Part shown: positions 61,260 through 64,000 of the stretch, piece by piece
How the letters are laid out: every line of letters starts with the position of its first letter
Numbering within the stretch: the first letter of the stretch is position 1
Source of the DNA: a virus
Lineage: Duplodnaviria > Caudoviricetes
IMG/VR virus record: IMGVR_UViG_3300035520_000529
Location: 44,210-108,209 of that record
DNA: 64,000 bases
Direction: 5' to 3' (one strand)
Position numbers and translations under genes: made by a program
The notes under the pieces: model-generated
The model's input: the letters and a program-made list of their open reading frames with translations, nothing else
Told to the model about the DNA's origin: nothing
The model's database searches: none

Positions 61260-61720
61260 CTGATTTTTGTTGTTTGACTGTCAGTAATCCAGTGGGTAAC
61301 ACGAGAATAATAGACTGCGTGCTACATGGTCCAGTCTGAATATCGTGGGTAAATAAGCACAAGTTAATACACGGCGAAACGATAGGAAACCACAGCAAGA
61401 CAGATACATTAGGATCGCAAGAGATTGTCATTCTAATGTTACCAAACTGCAACGTATAGCGAAGCCCGGATGCGATCCCTTAGCCCGACGAACAAGGAAT
61501 GACAATACAAGTAACCGGTTATAAGGGCAACGAGAAACGGTGGGTCTATAAAGAACGGACTGACACTACTGTGACGTACTAAAGAGGTAACCAGATGTTA
61601 ACAAATATATACGCAAACAGTCCAAAAGAGGCGGAAAGAGTCAAGTTAGGCGGGTAATAGCTACAAGAACAGCACTCAAATTACACGCCCGAACCCTCTA
61701 ATACTGTTTGCGTGGGTTGT
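61260..61720 (+). ncRNA. Candidate large structured non-coding RNA
   Basis: ORF-free, GC-elevated, multiple long-range helices and several GNRA-like loops (see findings). Confidence 0.6.
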
Positions 61721-61884
61721 ATAATAGTAATGTTTTGCGGTATAGCTCCAAAAAAAGTTACAACACACATTTTGTGTGTTGTATATGCACATAGGTTCTA
61801 ACTGTGTGCATATACAACGCTCTAAAGCGTGATAAGATTATAAACTATAAACGCCCATAATGGGAAAATTTTGGAGGTATTTTT

Positions 61885-62796
61885 ATGTATAACATTAATT
61901 ACTTTATGACTGAGGCTAATGAACAAATCAACGCTATAACTGTACATAGCAGTAAAAGCGAGGTTTTAACTATCACAACACAACTAGTAACACTAGTTGA
62001 TAACATGATAGGCGTATTTGGCCTACAAGCACCAGTAACCACTAAAGAGGAAGCATCCGCCCTAAATAAGGCTATAGCTAACGCCACAGTAGCAACTGTT
62101 GACCCTAAACTATACGAATTCGAAGACGTTCTTGCAAAGACTAAACTATCTAACTATGTTACAAGCTATGTTGAATACATTAACAATGCTATAACCACAC
62201 ACGTACTATCCCTAATCAATGGTGATGTTGTATCACTAATGAAAGGTAAAGTGTTTGATTATCCAGCACTAAACGATAACATACCACAACTAAAAGTCTA
62301 CAAACGTGTAGAGATTGACACTCAATCTGGACTATTCTGTACTATCAATAATCGTCAATACACCCTAACTATGCTATTCCCTAATGACATAACTTGTGCT
62401 GATACTGTTTCTGCTCTATCTTACGAGCTAACCAGCGAACAATTAGCAGAGGCTACCGCTAAAGCTAACGAGACTTGTTCTAACGAATCCAACACTACCA
62501 ACATAAGCGTTACTGCTAAATTCTACAAGAACGCTATAGGTCAAACTTCCAACAAATACTATAAGTCTATCCTTAATGACCTATGTTGTCACGTAGCTAC
62601 TAAGTTAATGGGTGTTACTGACGTTAAGCCTAAACTATTCAACGCTATATGTCTAGAATGGTTAGCAAGTAAAGCTTGCCGTGATACTAAACTAGTAGGC
62701 TTTAAGGCAAGGGCTTCCTTTGATGCTGACTCATACCTATATCAATACGTTAAGACTGCTATGTTTGAACAAGACAACTTTGCTAAAATTCACTAA
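61885..62796 (+). CDS. Hypothetical protein
   Basis: 303-aa ORF with GGAGG RBS. Confidence 0.75.
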   Translation: MYNINYFMTEANEQINAITVHSSKSEVLTITTQLVTLVDNMIGVFGLQAPVTTKEEASALNKAIANATVATVDPKLYEFEDVLAKTKLSNYVTSYVEYINNAITTHVLSLINGDVVSLMKGKVFDYPALNDNIPQLKVYKRVEIDTQSGLFCTINNRQYTLTMLFPNDITCADTVSALSYELTSEQLAEATAKANETCSNESNTTNISVTAKFYKNAIGQTSNKYYKSILNDLCCHVATKLMGVTDVKPKLFNAICLEWLASKACRDTKLVGFKARASFDADSYLYQYVKTAMFEQDNFAKIH

Positions 62797-62832
62797 TAGC
62801 ACTCTATCCCTAACTATACATATGAATAACCA

Positions 62833-62855
62833 TAACCGCCCAGTTAGGGCGGTTA
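62833..62855 (+). terminator. Hairpin, probable terminator
   Basis: TAACCGCCC-AGTTA-GGGCGGTTA. Confidence 0.55.
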
Positions 62856-62924
62856 CTATACGAGCGACCTCTCACAGTCTAACTATCTGACTATGATAGG
62901 TCGATATTTTTTGGAGGTATCTTT

Positions 62925-63299
62925 ATGAACATATTTTTTAATATCCTTGACGTTGTATCTGAATTAACCCTAAGCCGTATTATGGATAATTCTAGACCAT
63001 TTTGCGTGGAAAGTTTTTCTCTATTAGACTCTCTTTTAGACGCTTCAAATGGTTCTGACTATGACTATCTAATGAAACGTTATTTTAACCTTATCACTGT
63101 GCAAACTCCCACAAAAGAGTTAAAGCAGTTACAAGAAAACACAAAACCTTGTGAATTACAACTATATTTCCTAACATGGAATAAAGAGTATGACTATCAC
63201 TATGCTCGTTTAGGCACTACTCATGACGTTGTTAACGAAAACGCTTTTATTGTGTTAGTCCGTCAAAACGGCATTAGAGTACTTACTAGCATATTCTAA
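62925..63299 (+). CDS. Hypothetical protein
   Basis: GGAGG RBS, 124 aa. Confidence 0.65.
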   Translation: MNIFFNILDVVSELTLSRIMDNSRPFCVESFSLLDSLLDASNGSDYDYLMKRYFNLITVQTPTKELKQLQENTKPCELQLYFLTWNKEYDYHYARLGTTHDVVNENAFIVLVRQNGIRVLTSIF

Positions 63300-63316
63300 T
63301 ATTAGGAGGTCATATC

Positions 63317-63958
63317 ATGAAAAAATTATCTGTAATCGAGACTATTTCTGTACCTACAGCTAAGGTATCTACTTCAGTACGCAAACTAGGTAAAATCCCT
63401 TGTATCAATCTACCACCCGACATAACTTGCCGTTCCGACGCACCTTGTACTAAGGGTTGCTATGCTAAAAAGGGTAACTTTGTTCAAACAACTTCTAAGA
63501 ATAGACAATGTGAAAATCTTGAGTGCTTTAACCTAAATCCAGAAGTTTACTTTGGAGTTATAGACTATTTCCTTAGTAACCCAGTGATTATTTACAAGTA
63601 TTTCCGTTACCACTGCTCTGGAGACATTCCTAACATGGACTACCTAGACCATATGTGCAAATTAGCAGAAAAGCACACACTTACTAGGTTTCTTTGCTAT
63701 ACTAAAAAGTACGAACTCTGCAATGAGTACTTCTCTAACCACACTAAACCCGAAAATCTAATCATGGTATTTTCTATGTGGGGAGACTTTGGCACTCAGT
63801 TTGATAACCCAAACCATTTTCCAAAATCATGGGTGGAGTTTAAAAAAGTACATACCTACATTCCTCAAGACTCTAAGTCTTGTGCTGGGCAGTGTGACGA
63901 GTGCCTAAAGTGTTGGTACTTGCAAGAAGACCAAAATGTAGTATTTAAACAACATTAA
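63317..63958 (+). CDS. Gp88-like Cys-rich protein (radical-SAM-related)
   Basis: KLGKI...NLPP..TC....PC..GCYA.KG, FRYHCSGD, YTK, C...C..C..CW. Confidence 0.65.
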   Translation: MKKLSVIETISVPTAKVSTSVRKLGKIPCINLPPDITCRSDAPCTKGCYAKKGNFVQTTSKNRQCENLECFNLNPEVYFGVIDYFLSNPVIIYKYFRYHCSGDIPNMDYLDHMCKLAEKHTLTRFLCYTKKYELCNEYFSNHTKPENLIMVFSMWGDFGTQFDNPNHFPKSWVEFKKVHTYIPQDSKSCAGQCDECLKCWYLQEDQNVVFKQH

Positions 63959-64000
63959 GCTTGTTCCTATAAGTTTATAGTTTTATATACTGTTAAAGCC

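Noticed and set aside
60845-61452. Minus-strand ORFs 60845..61093 and 61252..61452
   Set aside because: No RBS, atypical composition; they overlap the G-rich tract and the structured RNA candidate

Overview
AT-rich segment of a large temperate siphophage of Bacillota/Clostridia, SPbeta/c-st-like in organisation. Left end (+ strand): partial C5 DNA methyltransferase, nrdG, parA-parB and a HipA-like kinase. A long minus-strand late region follows (60.2 kb down to 4.5 kb): Gp157, a YonO-like single-subunit RNA polymerase, ClpP, HU, HNH, a tRNA, a tyrosine recombinase, terminases, portal, protease, capsid, neck and tail genes, tape measure, tail tip and fibres, holin and endolysin. Next come a 1.6 kb divergent non-coding region with a large structured RNA candidate and the start of a + strand arm. 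The main result is that two essential genes are split by three group I introns whose junctions can be read from the sequence and restore the frame. The tape measure gene (about 3207 aa spliced) carries an IS607 IStron (tnpA+tnpB+omegaRNA) and a second intron with a near-identical ribozyme core. That second intron carries, instead of a nuclease, a self-promoted 845-aa BspA-type leucine-rich-repeat gene looped out in its P9 region. The RNA polymerase gene carries a tnpB-only IStron. A fourth, intron-less IS607 appears to sit between the RBS and ATG of the putative small terminase gene. All calls are by eye; no searches were run.
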